64,000 bases of DNA, taken from the NCBI GenBank assembly GCA_022843925.1, contig JALHMS010000010.1, forward strand, positions 70,257-134,256, in the 5' to 3' direction. Below are positions 37,346-46,845 of the stretch, piece after piece. The stretch is from Burkholderiales bacterium. Lineage in GTDB: Bacteria; Pseudomonadota; Gammaproteobacteria; Burkholderiales; Ga0077523. Positions within the stretch are counted from its first letter, which is position 1. Every line of letters begins with the position of its first letter. Position numbers and translations under genes: made by a program. The notes beneath the pieces are model-generated. The model was given only the letters and a program-made list of their open reading frames with translations. It was not told the origin of the DNA and made no database searches.

Positions 37346-38359
37346 TCAGCCCTGCTGGATACCGCCAAGGAGCCAGCCGTCCTTGCCCCTCAGGGGCTTC
37401 ACGAGGTTCCACACCTCATCGAACGGTTCGGCGGGCGCGCCTTCGGCTTCGCGCATCGTCCCGGTGAACCGGACGCTCGCCAGAGCCACTGCGCCCTGCT
37501 CCTCGATACCGAGCAGTTGCGCATCGACGCTCACGACATCGGTCACGTTCTTCGCATCGCCGCGCTCGGAGAGATCCATCTTGATCTCGGCGAACATCTC
37601 GGGTGTCGTGAATTCGCGGATGTCCGCGAGATCCGCGGCGTCCCACGCCGCCTGCAGCCGCACGAAGTACACCTTGGCACTACGCAGGAAGCCGTCGACG
37701 TCGAAATCCGCCGGAACCGTCCACGTGGCCGTCGATGCCGCCGAAGACGACAGCGGCGCGAGCGGCTCGCCGGTGACGCTCACCGGCCCCGAGCTTGCGG
37801 GCGCAGCGCCGAAGGCTTGCCGCTGCGTCGGGGGGTTGTCGTACGACGGCTGGGCGTAGTCGCGGCGCGCAGGCGGTTCGTCGAGCGGCGCCGGCTTCGC
37901 GTAGGCCGGCCGCATGCCGGGCGGGATGTTCGGCCCCTGACCGTTCTTCGCGTTGGCGCCGCGCACCATGCGATAGATGAACAAGCCGGCCATGACGAGC
38001 AGGCCGATCATGAGCATCGAGCCCATCGCTTCGGCGAGCGCGCCGCCCATGCCGAGGTGCGAGAGGAGGGACGCGATGCCGATACCGGCGGCGAGGCCGG
38101 CCAGCGGACCGAGCCAGCGATTGCGCGACGGTTGCGGTGCAGCGGCACCCTGCTGGCCCTGGGCGGACTTCGAGGCCTGCTGCTGCGACGGGCTCCCCTG
38201 GGGCGCGGCCGCTTCCCGCTGGCTCACGTTGTTGGACTGGCGGCCCATCGACCGGCCACCGCCGAGACGCCGGGCTTCGGCATCCTCGATGACGACGCTG
38301 AGGCCGATGCACAAGGTGAAGAGCAGCAGGAAGATGTGACGAAAGCGAGAAGATTGCAT
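37346..38359 (-). CDS. Tim44-like domain membrane protein
   Basis: Start at ATG 38359 (MQSSRFRHIFLLLFTL). Gln/Gly-rich linker, a TM segment, and a C-terminal Tim44-like domain (FDVDGFLRSAKVYFVRLQAAWDAADLADIREFTTPEMFAEIK). Confidence 0.7.
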   Translation of the reverse strand: MQSSRFRHIFLLLFTLCIGLSVVIEDAEARRLGGGRSMGRQSNNVSQREAAAPQGSPSQQQASKSAQGQQGAAAPQPSRNRWLGPLAGLAAGIGIASLLSHLGMGGALAEAMGSMLMIGLLVMAGLFIYRMVRGANAKNGQGPNIPPGMRPAYAKPAPLDEPPARRDYAQPSYDNPPTQRQAFGAAPASSGPVSVTGEPLAPLSSSAASTATWTVPADFDVDGFLRSAKVYFVRLQAAWDAADLADIREFTTPEMFAEIKMDLSERGDAKNVTDVVSVDAQLLGIEEQGAVALASVRFTGTMREAEGAPAEPFDEVWNLVKPLRGKDGWLLGGIQQG

Positions 38360-38690
38360 GGTTGTTCCCTTCATGATCCGGAGGACAGGGTAGCACTGCA
38401 CGCGCTGCAGAGGCGGCCCGATGACGGGCTCGGGCGAATAATCGCAGATGCGACAGCGTCGCTCGTCCCGGGTTCTGGTGACACCGAGGGCAAGCCGCAA
38501 CTCTCGATCGGGCCAGCCGAGGATCGCGGGCCACGGTGTCGCCGACGCCGCCGGAGGCAGCCGACACCCTGTCCATCGCCGGAAGATTCCGGCACGATTC
38601 CCAGTTGGGGCACGTCGCCCCGGAATGCAATGCTGCTGGCGTTCGTACCGAGAGATTGTCGCGACACCAGCCCCTGCCGAGACCGCCGCC

Positions 38691-40115
38691 ATGACATCGC
38701 CGACCCTCCCGCTCTGGCAGTTGAGCGCCAGCGCCCTTGCCGATCACATCGATTCCCGCGAGTGCTCCGCCACTGAGGCGCTGGAGTCCATCCTCGCGCG
38801 CGCCGAGGCCTGCAACCCTGCCCTCAACGCCATCGTGTACCCGTGTTTCGACGCGGCACGGGCGCGGGCGCACGAGGCCGACGCCGCCACGGCCCGTGGC
38901 GAATCGTGGGGGCCGCTGCACGGCGTACCCGTCACCATCAAGGAGAACGTCGACGTCGCGGGCATGCCCACGCCCAACGGCGTGCGGGCGTTCGAGGGCG
39001 TCATCGCACCGGACGACTCGCCGGTCGTGCGCAACCTGCGCGCCGCGGGTGCCATCGTGATCGGCCGCACCACGACGCCCGAGTTCTCGATGCGGGCCAC
39101 CACCGACAGCCCGCTGCACGGCCGCACGCGCAACCCGTGGGGGCCGGACGCCTCGTCGGGCGGCTCGTCCGGCGGCGCCGGAGCGGCGGCAGCGGCGGGC
39201 ATGGGGCCCATCCACCACGGCAACGACATCGGCGGCTCACTGCGCATCCCGGCTTTCGCGTGCGGCGTGGCCACCGTCAAGCCCACCGTGGGCCGCGTCC
39301 CCGTGTTCAATCCGTCGGCCGTCGCCGAGCGCGGCCTGCTGGCGCAGCTCATGTCGGTGCAAGGCGCGCTCTGCCGGGAGGTGCGCGACGTCCGCCTGGC
39401 CACCGCCGTCATGTCCCGTGGCGATGCGCGCGATCCGTGGTGGGTGCCGGTGCCGTTCGAGGGGCCGTCGATCGCGGGGCCGATCCGCGTGGCGTTCACG
39501 AAGAACGCGCACGGGTATCCCATGCACCCCGGCATCGCGCGGACGCTCGACCGCGCCGCACGCGTGCTGGAAGCGGCGGGCTACGCGGTCGAGGAAGTGG
39601 AGCCGCCCCCCATCACCGAGCCGGCGGCGGGATGGATGTCGATCGCCCTCGCCGAGATCCGCGCGACGCTCGACCCGCTGGTCCGCAAGCACGGCAGCGA
39701 GGACGTGCAGCGCGTGTTCGATGCGTACTACGCGATGGGCGACGTCGCCGACGGCGAGCGGTACCTCCTCGGGGTCGCGGCCCGCACGAAGATGACGCGG
39801 GCCTGGAACATCTTCCTCGATCGGTACCCGCTGGTGCTGTCGCCGTTCATGCTGCGCCCCACGCATGCGTGGAACTACGACGCGCAGGGCCCGACGCAGA
39901 CGAAGGATCTCTTCGACGCGCTCATCTACAGCTACGGCGTGAACTACCTGAGCCTGCCCGCGGGCGTGGTGCCCGTGGACATCGTGGATGGTCTGCCCGC
40001 CGGCGTGCAGATCATCGGACGGCGATTCCGCGAGGACCTCATCCTCGACGCGATGGAAGCCATCGAACGCGATGCTGGCGTGATGGCCCACCGGCTGTGG
40101 GCGCACGAGGCCTGA
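38691..40115 (+). CDS. Amidase-signature family amidase
   Basis: Start at ATG 38691. PVTIKEN (catalytic Lys region) and GGSSGGAGAAAAAG...GNDIGGSLRIPA (amidase signature). Confidence 0.85.
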   Translation: MTSPTLPLWQLSASALADHIDSRECSATEALESILARAEACNPALNAIVYPCFDAARARAHEADAATARGESWGPLHGVPVTIKENVDVAGMPTPNGVRAFEGVIAPDDSPVVRNLRAAGAIVIGRTTTPEFSMRATTDSPLHGRTRNPWGPDASSGGSSGGAGAAAAAGMGPIHHGNDIGGSLRIPAFACGVATVKPTVGRVPVFNPSAVAERGLLAQLMSVQGALCREVRDVRLATAVMSRGDARDPWWVPVPFEGPSIAGPIRVAFTKNAHGYPMHPGIARTLDRAARVLEAAGYAVEEVEPPPITEPAAGWMSIALAEIRATLDPLVRKHGSEDVQRVFDAYYAMGDVADGERYLLGVAARTKMTRAWNIFLDRYPLVLSPFMLRPTHAWNYDAQGPTQTKDLFDALIYSYGVNYLSLPAGVVPVDIVDGLPAGVQIIGRRFREDLILDAMEAIERDAGVMAHRLWAHEA

Positions 40116-40119
40116 CGCT

Positions 40120-40902
40120 TCACGCGTCGAACACGACCTCGACGGTGCCGAGCGCGCCGAAATCGGCGACCGCCCGCTCGCCGGGAGCCGGCGCATGGAT
40201 GCCGGTCATCGTGCCGGTCATCACGAAGAGGCCGGCGCCGATGTCGAGGCCCTGCGCGCGGAACGTCTCGACGAACCACTCGAGCACGTTCCGCGGGTCG
40301 CCCAGCACGGCCGCGCCGGTGCCCGCCTGCTTCAGCACACCGTCGATGCGCAGTTCCACCGGCAGTGACGGCAGGTCGAGCGATCGCCAGTCGTGCACGG
40401 GCGCCCCGAGCACCGCACCACCGTTCCCACCGCAGTCGGCGATGAGCTGTGGGATGCGGTCGACGGTGAGCCGGTCGAAGCGCGGGCTGATGATCTCGAT
40501 CGCGGGGATCAACGCCTCGACGGCATCGAGGACCTCCTCGCGGGTGTAGGGCGCCGCACGCGCCGGCAGATCGCGCCCGAACCGGAAGGCGAATTCGGAT
40601 TCGAGCATCCGGTGCTGGAAGTCGGCCACCCGACACCGCGCGGCGCTCTGTGCCACAGTCCGCGCGAAGAGGGGCCCGTACAACGGCCCCGGAACGCCGA
40701 ACAGCGCCTGCACCTGCTTCGACGTGGCACCCACCTTCCAGCCGGCGATGCGATCGTCCCAGCGCCCGGCCAGCGCGGCCTGCATGCGATAGCCGTCCTC
40801 GTGCGTCGCCGGCTGTCTTGCCCCTGCGAGATCGGGGATGATCGAACGGGCAGCGCGGGCGGCCAGGAGGTCCTGCACGCCGGCTTCGAGGTCTGCATTC
40901 AT
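40120..40902 (-). CDS. 2-keto-4-pentenoate hydratase-family protein
   Basis: Start at ATG 40902 (MNADLEAG). GWKVGATSKQVQALFGV...ESEFAF..., about 260 aa, typical of the MhpD/HpcG-like hydratase/decarboxylase family. Confidence 0.7.
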   Translation of the reverse strand: MNADLEAGVQDLLAARAARSIIPDLAGARQPATHEDGYRMQAALAGRWDDRIAGWKVGATSKQVQALFGVPGPLYGPLFARTVAQSAARCRVADFQHRMLESEFAFRFGRDLPARAAPYTREEVLDAVEALIPAIEIISPRFDRLTVDRIPQLIADCGGNGGAVLGAPVHDWRSLDLPSLPVELRIDGVLKQAGTGAAVLGDPRNVLEWFVETFRAQGLDIGAGLFVMTGTMTGIHAPAPGERAVADFGALGTVEVVFDA

Positions 40903-41117
40903 GGGGGGCTTCCAGGTGCGCGAGGCGCGGATTCTCGCCCGCGCCCCCGGACATTGCCATCGCGGCGTGGCGCTGGCACGGCGGCTGCGTCGCCCGTCGC
41001 GGCCCGACACCATTCGTCGGGCTTCGGTTGCATGTCCAGACTCCCTGACCGCGACCGGCCCCGAAGGCGCGTCGACGACGCAGGGCCCAGAGCTTCACCC
41101 AAGAGGGAGCACTTCCC

Positions 41118-42737
41118 GTGACATCCACGCCTTCGCAACGCGTCCAGGCCCGCCGGCCGGCGTCCAACATCATCTCGCGTCAGAGCCATTGGCTCCGGAC
41201 GATCGCCACGCTGCTCCTCGGCAGCCTGCTTTCGCTCACGTTCGCTGCCCATGCCCAGTCGCTCAGCTGGATCAAGAACCGCTGGAAGCCGGATCAGTAC
41301 GTCCACATCGAATACGGGGCGGCGCAGGCCGGCCCCATCCAGCCGGGCTGGTGGAGCGCCATGTGGATCGTCGAGGGCGTGCCCGGCACCGAGTTCGTGA
41401 AACTGCGGAACCGATGGAAGGGCGATCAGTACCTTCACATCGAATACGGCGCGCTGCAATCGGGGCCCATCCAGCCGGGCTGGTGGAGCGCCATGTGGGT
41501 GGTCGATAACGTGCAGGGCGCACCGTTCGCGCGCATCCGCAACCGGTGGAAGCCCGATCAGTACCTGCACATCGAGAACGGTGCACTGCAGTCGGGTCCG
41601 ATACAGCAGGGCTGGTGGAGCGCGATGTGGACGCTCGAGCCCGCCGGGGGCGGTCAAGGAAGCGCAGCACCCACCGCCCCGCCACCTGTCGCCGCGGAGC
41701 CTGCACCGCCACCCCTCGCGCCTCCGCCTCCCGTCCCACAGGCCGACCCCGAACCCCAGCCGGCACCGATGCCCGTACAGCAGCCGAGCACCCAGGCGCG
41801 GCTGCGCACGATGTTCACGGGTGGCGGCAAGTGTCTCGATATCGTGAACGATGGAAAGAACAACCGCGTCCAGATGGCCGACTGCGGCAACTACTCGGGT
41901 CAGATCTGGCAGATCGAACCGACGCGGGAAGCCCCCGGTGCCGTACGCCTCAAGACGCAGTTCACCGGCCCCGGCAAGTGCCTCGACATCGTGAACGACG
42001 GCAGGAACAATCGACTGCAGATGGCAGACTGCGGCGCCTACTCGGGCCAGGTCTGGACCGTCGAGACGCAGCCGGGCGGCAGCCTCCGCCTGCGGACGCT
42101 CTTCACGGGCCCCGGCAGGTGCCTCGACATCGTGAACGATGGCCGGAACAACCAGGTGCAGATGGCCACGTGCGGCAACTACTCCGGTCAGGCCTGGACA
42201 ACGAACCTCGCGATGGAAACCCAGCCGGCGCCCGCGCCGACGCCGGCCCCTCAACCCAAGCCTGACCCCGCACCGCCGCAACCCCAGGCACCGGCCGCCC
42301 CCCAGGGCACGGCAGCGAAGTTCCGCTCGATGTTCACGGGCGCCAACAACTGCCTGGACATCGTCAACGACGGGAAGAACAACCGCGTCCAGATGGCCCC
42401 CTGCGGCGCCTACTCCGGTCAGGCCTGGACGATGGAACCCGCGCGAGAGGCCCCGGGCAGCTTCCGTCTGAAGACCCAGTTCACGGGTGCCAATCGCTGC
42501 CTCGACATCGTCAACGACGGCAGGAACAACCGGCTGCAGATGGCCGACTGCGCGGCGGTGTCCGGGCAGATGTGGGGCATCGAGAACACGGCCCAGGCCG
42601 GACACGTCCGCCTGCGCACGCTGTTCACAGGACCAGGCAAGTGCCTCGACATCGTGAACGATGGAAAGAACAACCAGCTGCAGATGGCGAACTGCGCGGA
42701 AGCGTCGGGGCAGTACTGGATGACGAAGACGCCGTAA
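41118..42737 (+). CDS. Secreted lectin with three beta-trefoil modules (one atypical + two ricin-B/QxW type)
   Basis: GTG start and signal peptide ...LTFAAHA/QS. Three copies of NRWK.DQY.HIE.G..Q.GPIQ.GWWSAMW, a Pro-rich linker, then 3+3 repeats of F.TG.G.CLDIVNDG.NN..QMA.CG.YSGQ.W separated by a second Pro-rich linker. Confidence 0.8.
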   Translation: MTSTPSQRVQARRPASNIISRQSHWLRTIATLLLGSLLSLTFAAHAQSLSWIKNRWKPDQYVHIEYGAAQAGPIQPGWWSAMWIVEGVPGTEFVKLRNRWKGDQYLHIEYGALQSGPIQPGWWSAMWVVDNVQGAPFARIRNRWKPDQYLHIENGALQSGPIQQGWWSAMWTLEPAGGGQGSAAPTAPPPVAAEPAPPPLAPPPPVPQADPEPQPAPMPVQQPSTQARLRTMFTGGGKCLDIVNDGKNNRVQMADCGNYSGQIWQIEPTREAPGAVRLKTQFTGPGKCLDIVNDGRNNRLQMADCGAYSGQVWTVETQPGGSLRLRTLFTGPGRCLDIVNDGRNNQVQMATCGNYSGQAWTTNLAMETQPAPAPTPAPQPKPDPAPPQPQAPAAPQGTAAKFRSMFTGANNCLDIVNDGKNNRVQMAPCGAYSGQAWTMEPAREAPGSFRLKTQFTGANRCLDIVNDGRNNRLQMADCAAVSGQMWGIENTAQAGHVRLRTLFTGPGKCLDIVNDGKNNQLQMANCAEASGQYWMTKTP

Positions 42738-43045
42738 GGCAGGGTGGGAAGCGCGGCCCCCGCGGAGGGGGCCGTGCGGGCCCCTCCCTGACACGCGGCG
42801 GCGCGTGATCGAATCGCCGCCGCAGCGGCGAGGGCGAACGCGGGCGGAGCGGGCGGGGCAGGCCTGCGCCTCCTTCAGTGCAGCAGACTCCCATTTGCAC
42901 GGGCCGATCCGCGGACGTCCGCCGGCGGATTGACCTCCGTCATGTCTTCGGCATGCAGGCGCGCCTACATTGGTCTTGTCACGCCGGGAAACTCCGGCGA
43001 TCCCGCCTCCGCGGGATCCGCGAAGACATCCAATGGAGTCACGCC

Positions 43046-45643
43046 ATGTTTCGTCGCACCGTTCTCACCAGCCTCATCCTGGCCGCTTTCGCCATGCATG
43101 CGCCGAACGCCGCCGCGCTCGGGGCGCTCGACGCTTGCACGTGGAAGGGCAACTTCATCGCCACAGGCGCCATGACGACCGCGCGCGCCGGGCTCGTCGC
43201 GACGGCACTCGTCGACGGATCCGTGCTGGTGACCGGCGGCAGCAGCCGATCGACCACCGTCCGCAGCGCCGAGCACTTCGACCGCACCACCGGAACGTTC
43301 ACCGCCCTGCCCGACATGACGACGGAGCGCTACTTCCACACCGCGACCCGCCTGGATTCGGGCGAAGTGTTGATCGTCGGCGGAAGCGGCGGCGCGGGGG
43401 CCCACGGCGCCACTGCGAGCGCCGAGATCTTCGAGCCGATGCGCAAGGCGTTCCGCGCGACGACGGGCGCCCTCGCCAAGGCACGGGTGTTCCACACCGC
43501 CACCCTCATGTCCGACGGCACGGTGCTGATCGTGGGCGGCGTGGGAACGAATTCGTCGGATGTGGCCGAGGTCGAGTTGTTCGATCCGGCGACGGGGAAG
43601 TTCCGCGTCGTCGCGACGCTGTCGACGCCGCGCTCCAACCACACGGCAGTCCGCGTGAAGGGCGCGTCGGCAACGACGGACGACGTGCTCATCGCGGGCG
43701 GGAAGGGGCCGAACGGCACGACGACCGCCGTGGAGATCCTCACCTACGACGCGTCGCTGAAGACCGCCACTGTGCGCACTGCACCACCGCTGGCGGAGGC
43801 CCGACAGAACCATTCGGCGACGCTACTGCATAGCGGGGAAGTCCTCGTCGCGGGGGGCACCGGCGCCAACTACCAGCCGGTCGCGAGCGTGGAGCGCTGG
43901 ACCGGGCACGCGTTCTTCACCGAGGGGCCACTGAACCATCCGCGCCGGGACCACCACGCGACGCTTCTGCCGACCGGCCAGGTGCTGGTGGCCGGCGGCC
44001 TCGACCTGCATGTCGTGCCGGCGACCGAGCTGTACACACCGGGTGCCGGCTTCCGCGACATCGGGGAGCTCGTCGCACCGCGCTTCTACTCCGCGGCGGT
44101 CGGTCTGCCCACCGGGCAGGTGCTGTTCATCGGCGGCTTCGACGCAACGGAGGTCGCCGTCCTGAAGCACGCCGAGCTGTACGACCCGTTCTGGGCCGGC
44201 GTCGGCCCGATGCAGGAGGGGCGACAGAATCACAGCGCGACGCTGTTGCAGGACGGGCGTGTGCTGCTGGCCGGCGGGGGCGACGGCGGCAGCGGGACGC
44301 GGAACACGGCGGAGCTGTTCGATCCGGTCACGGGAGGGTTCACGTCGGTCGGCATGACCGACGCGCGATCGAAGCACGCGGCCGCGCGACTCGACGGCGG
44401 CGCAGTGCTCCTCGCCGGCGGCCAGAAGACCGGCACGCAGTTCCTCGCGTCGGCAGAGGTCTTCGACCCCGTCACCAACACCTTCGGTGCCACTGCGTCG
44501 CTCTCCAGCCCGCGTCTGGGCCACACGGCAACAGCCCTCGCCGACGGTCGCGTCGTGGTCGCCGGCGGGTTCGGGCCGACCGTCTGGGCGTCCACCGAGA
44601 TCTTCACGTGGCGCGCAACGACTTCGCAGGGCACCTTCCAGTCCGGGCCGGCGATGACGCGGGACCGCCTCGGTCACGCGTCGGTGCTGCTCGACAACGG
44701 GCGCGTGCTCTCGACCGGCGGCTGGAGCAGCGTCGCAGGCGGCATCACGTACGCCATCGAGGAGTTCGACCCGGCCGCGGGCGGCTCGTATTCGGCCTGG
44801 CCCAACCATGCGTGGTTCCTGACCAACCGGCGGGATCACACGATCGCCGCCCTGCCCGGCCAGACGCGCGCGCTCGTGGCCGGTGGCCTCACGTCCGGCC
44901 TCACGCCGACGACGTCGTTCGAGGTCATCCCGCAGGGCGGGGAAGGGCGGATGCTCTCCGCCCGCACGCTCCACGCGATGACGCCGACGGGTACGAACCC
45001 CACGACGTTCTGGGTGATCGGTGGGCTCCCCGCGTTCTCGGGCCCGTCGACGGCGACAGTGGAGAAGCTCGACGCCGCCGATCTCTCGACGACGGCGATG
45101 CCCGAACTGGGCACGGGCCGCGCGCACCACACGGCAACGCTGTTGCAGGACGGGCGCGTGCTCGTGGCCGGCGGTCATCGGAGCATGGACGGCGCGACGG
45201 CGACCGCCGAGATCTCGAAATCGACGATCTGCGCCGCGCCACCGCCCTTCGGCTTCCGGCCCCGCGGCAAGGTCACGTTCGAGAAGACGTATCTCCACAT
45301 CGACCCGAAGCGCTTCTCGATCCGTGCGCTCGTCGGCAACGGCGGCCGGCGAAACAACCCGGCGTTCGACATGCGCTTCGACCTCGTCGGCCGCGATGGC
45401 GACGAGCGCCGCATCGTGCTGGGCAGGATGCCTGTCCCGAAGCTCGGCCCGGCCGAGCGGACGCGCCTCACGGCGAATCTCGCGCTGCCGGCGCGGCTGC
45501 CGGAAGGCACGTTCGGCATCCGGGCCTGCGTGGTGCCGCAGGCGCTGCTCGCGGCGGAGTGCTTCGACATCCCGGGCAACGTGGTACGCGGCACGAAGCT
45601 GCGTCGGGACCACTTCCCGCATCTGCAGGCACCGGGGAAGTAG
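43046..45643 (+). CDS. Secreted Kelch-repeat protein (14 blades) with C-terminal beta-sandwich-like domain
   Basis: Start at ATG 43046 (MFRRTVLTSLILAAFAMHAPNAAA, a signal peptide). I counted 14 repeats of the pattern .R..H[ST]AT.L.DG.VL[VI]AGG by eye. The last ~150 aa resemble a CARDB-type domain, which is a tentative call. Confidence 0.8.
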   Translation: MFRRTVLTSLILAAFAMHAPNAAALGALDACTWKGNFIATGAMTTARAGLVATALVDGSVLVTGGSSRSTTVRSAEHFDRTTGTFTALPDMTTERYFHTATRLDSGEVLIVGGSGGAGAHGATASAEIFEPMRKAFRATTGALAKARVFHTATLMSDGTVLIVGGVGTNSSDVAEVELFDPATGKFRVVATLSTPRSNHTAVRVKGASATTDDVLIAGGKGPNGTTTAVEILTYDASLKTATVRTAPPLAEARQNHSATLLHSGEVLVAGGTGANYQPVASVERWTGHAFFTEGPLNHPRRDHHATLLPTGQVLVAGGLDLHVVPATELYTPGAGFRDIGELVAPRFYSAAVGLPTGQVLFIGGFDATEVAVLKHAELYDPFWAGVGPMQEGRQNHSATLLQDGRVLLAGGGDGGSGTRNTAELFDPVTGGFTSVGMTDARSKHAAARLDGGAVLLAGGQKTGTQFLASAEVFDPVTNTFGATASLSSPRLGHTATALADGRVVVAGGFGPTVWASTEIFTWRATTSQGTFQSGPAMTRDRLGHASVLLDNGRVLSTGGWSSVAGGITYAIEEFDPAAGGSYSAWPNHAWFLTNRRDHTIAALPGQTRALVAGGLTSGLTPTTSFEVIPQGGEGRMLSARTLHAMTPTGTNPTTFWVIGGLPAFSGPSTATVEKLDAADLSTTAMPELGTGRAHHTATLLQDGRVLVAGGHRSMDGATATAEISKSTICAAPPPFGFRPRGKVTFEKTYLHIDPKRFSIRALVGNGGRRNNPAFDMRFDLVGRDGDERRIVLGRMPVPKLGPAERTRLTANLALPARLPEGTFGIRACVVPQALLAAECFDIPGNVVRGTKLRRDHFPHLQAPGK

Positions 45644-45713
45644 GCGGGAGGAGGCGCGGCGGTCGCTCGGCCGGCGCTTCTCGCGGAGGGCGGAACCGGG
45701 TCCAATGGAGGGC

Positions 45714-46829
45714 ATGAATCCGTCCCTCCCTTTGAGGCTGCGCCTGCCGCCCGTCGCCGTCCTCCTGCTGTGCCTTTGCGGCCTTGCGGCCTGCGGCAGC
45801 GCCGCGCCGAAACCCGGGCCCCTCAGGTCCGATCCACTGTCCGTGCTCTCGTGGAACATGGAGTGGCTCGCGGATCCGGCCGCGCTCGACGCCGCGGACT
45901 ACTGGCGGCGATGCGCCGACGCCGGCCAACCCAATCGGAAGATCCGGGACGATCTCCCCTTCTGCAACGTGTTCCCGAAGAAGGGCATCGAGACGGCAGC
46001 CGACTACGAGACGCGCAAGCTCGCGCCGTTGCGCCGACGGCTGGCTGAACTGGTCGCGCTGCGCAACGCCGACGTGATCGCGGTCCAGGAGGTGCAGAAC
46101 GCGGCGGCGCTGCGATCGGTGCTGCCGCCCGGTTATCGGGTCGCGTGCTTCACGTCGCGGCGTGATGCGCAGAACGTGGGCTACGCCGTGCGCGATTCTC
46201 TCGCCGCCGCGGTCGACTGCCGCGAAGTCACGCCGCTCTCGCTGGAGGAGGATCCGTCGACGGAGCGCCCGCTGCGTCGCGGGCTCGCACTGGGGATCAC
46301 CGTTCGCGACACGCGCATCACGCTGCTGGCGGTGCATCTGAAGTCGGGGTGCCCCGGCGGGCCGATGGACGCTCCCAACCGGGCGGCGTGCCGATCGCTG
46401 CAACGCCAGGCCGCGCCGCTGGAAGCGTGGATCGAAGCCCAGGCCCACGCGGGCAGGCCCTTCATGATCGTGGGCGATTGGAACCGCGATCTCGAAGCCG
46501 AGATCCGGGGCGGGTACGCAGCGCGCACCGGAGCCGCTGCGCCGACGACCGCCGTGGTGGCGGGCGAGGTGCGGAATCTGTGGCCCGAGATCAACGACGG
46601 CGATCCACCGGACAGCGCGATGGCGCTGGTCGCCATGGACCGCAGCGCCGCCTCGAGCCGCGCGTGCCATCGGAACCTGGACCAGATCGCGGTGAGCGCG
46701 ACCCTGATGGCGATGCTCGATCCGGCATCCCTGGAGGACGACCGCCTGCCCGCGCGGTTCGAGACACGCCCCGTGGCCGCCTCGGACCATTGCCCGATGA
46801 GCACGCGGTTGGTGTTCGGGGGCGGGTGA
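45714..46829 (+). CDS. Endonuclease/exonuclease/phosphatase (EEP) family lipoprotein
   Basis: MNPSLPLRLRLPPVAVLLLCLCGLAAC (lipobox). EEP motifs: LSWNMEW, VIAVQEV, LAVHLKSG, IVGDWNRD and SDHCP. An alternative ATG lies at 45705. Confidence 0.8.
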   Translation: MNPSLPLRLRLPPVAVLLLCLCGLAACGSAAPKPGPLRSDPLSVLSWNMEWLADPAALDAADYWRRCADAGQPNRKIRDDLPFCNVFPKKGIETAADYETRKLAPLRRRLAELVALRNADVIAVQEVQNAAALRSVLPPGYRVACFTSRRDAQNVGYAVRDSLAAAVDCREVTPLSLEEDPSTERPLRRGLALGITVRDTRITLLAVHLKSGCPGGPMDAPNRAACRSLQRQAAPLEAWIEAQAHAGRPFMIVGDWNRDLEAEIRGGYAARTGAAAPTTAVVAGEVRNLWPEINDGDPPDSAMALVAMDRSAASSRACHRNLDQIAVSATLMAMLDPASLEDDRLPARFETRPVAASDHCPMSTRLVFGGG

Positions 46830-46845
46830 TGCGGCGGCGATATCG

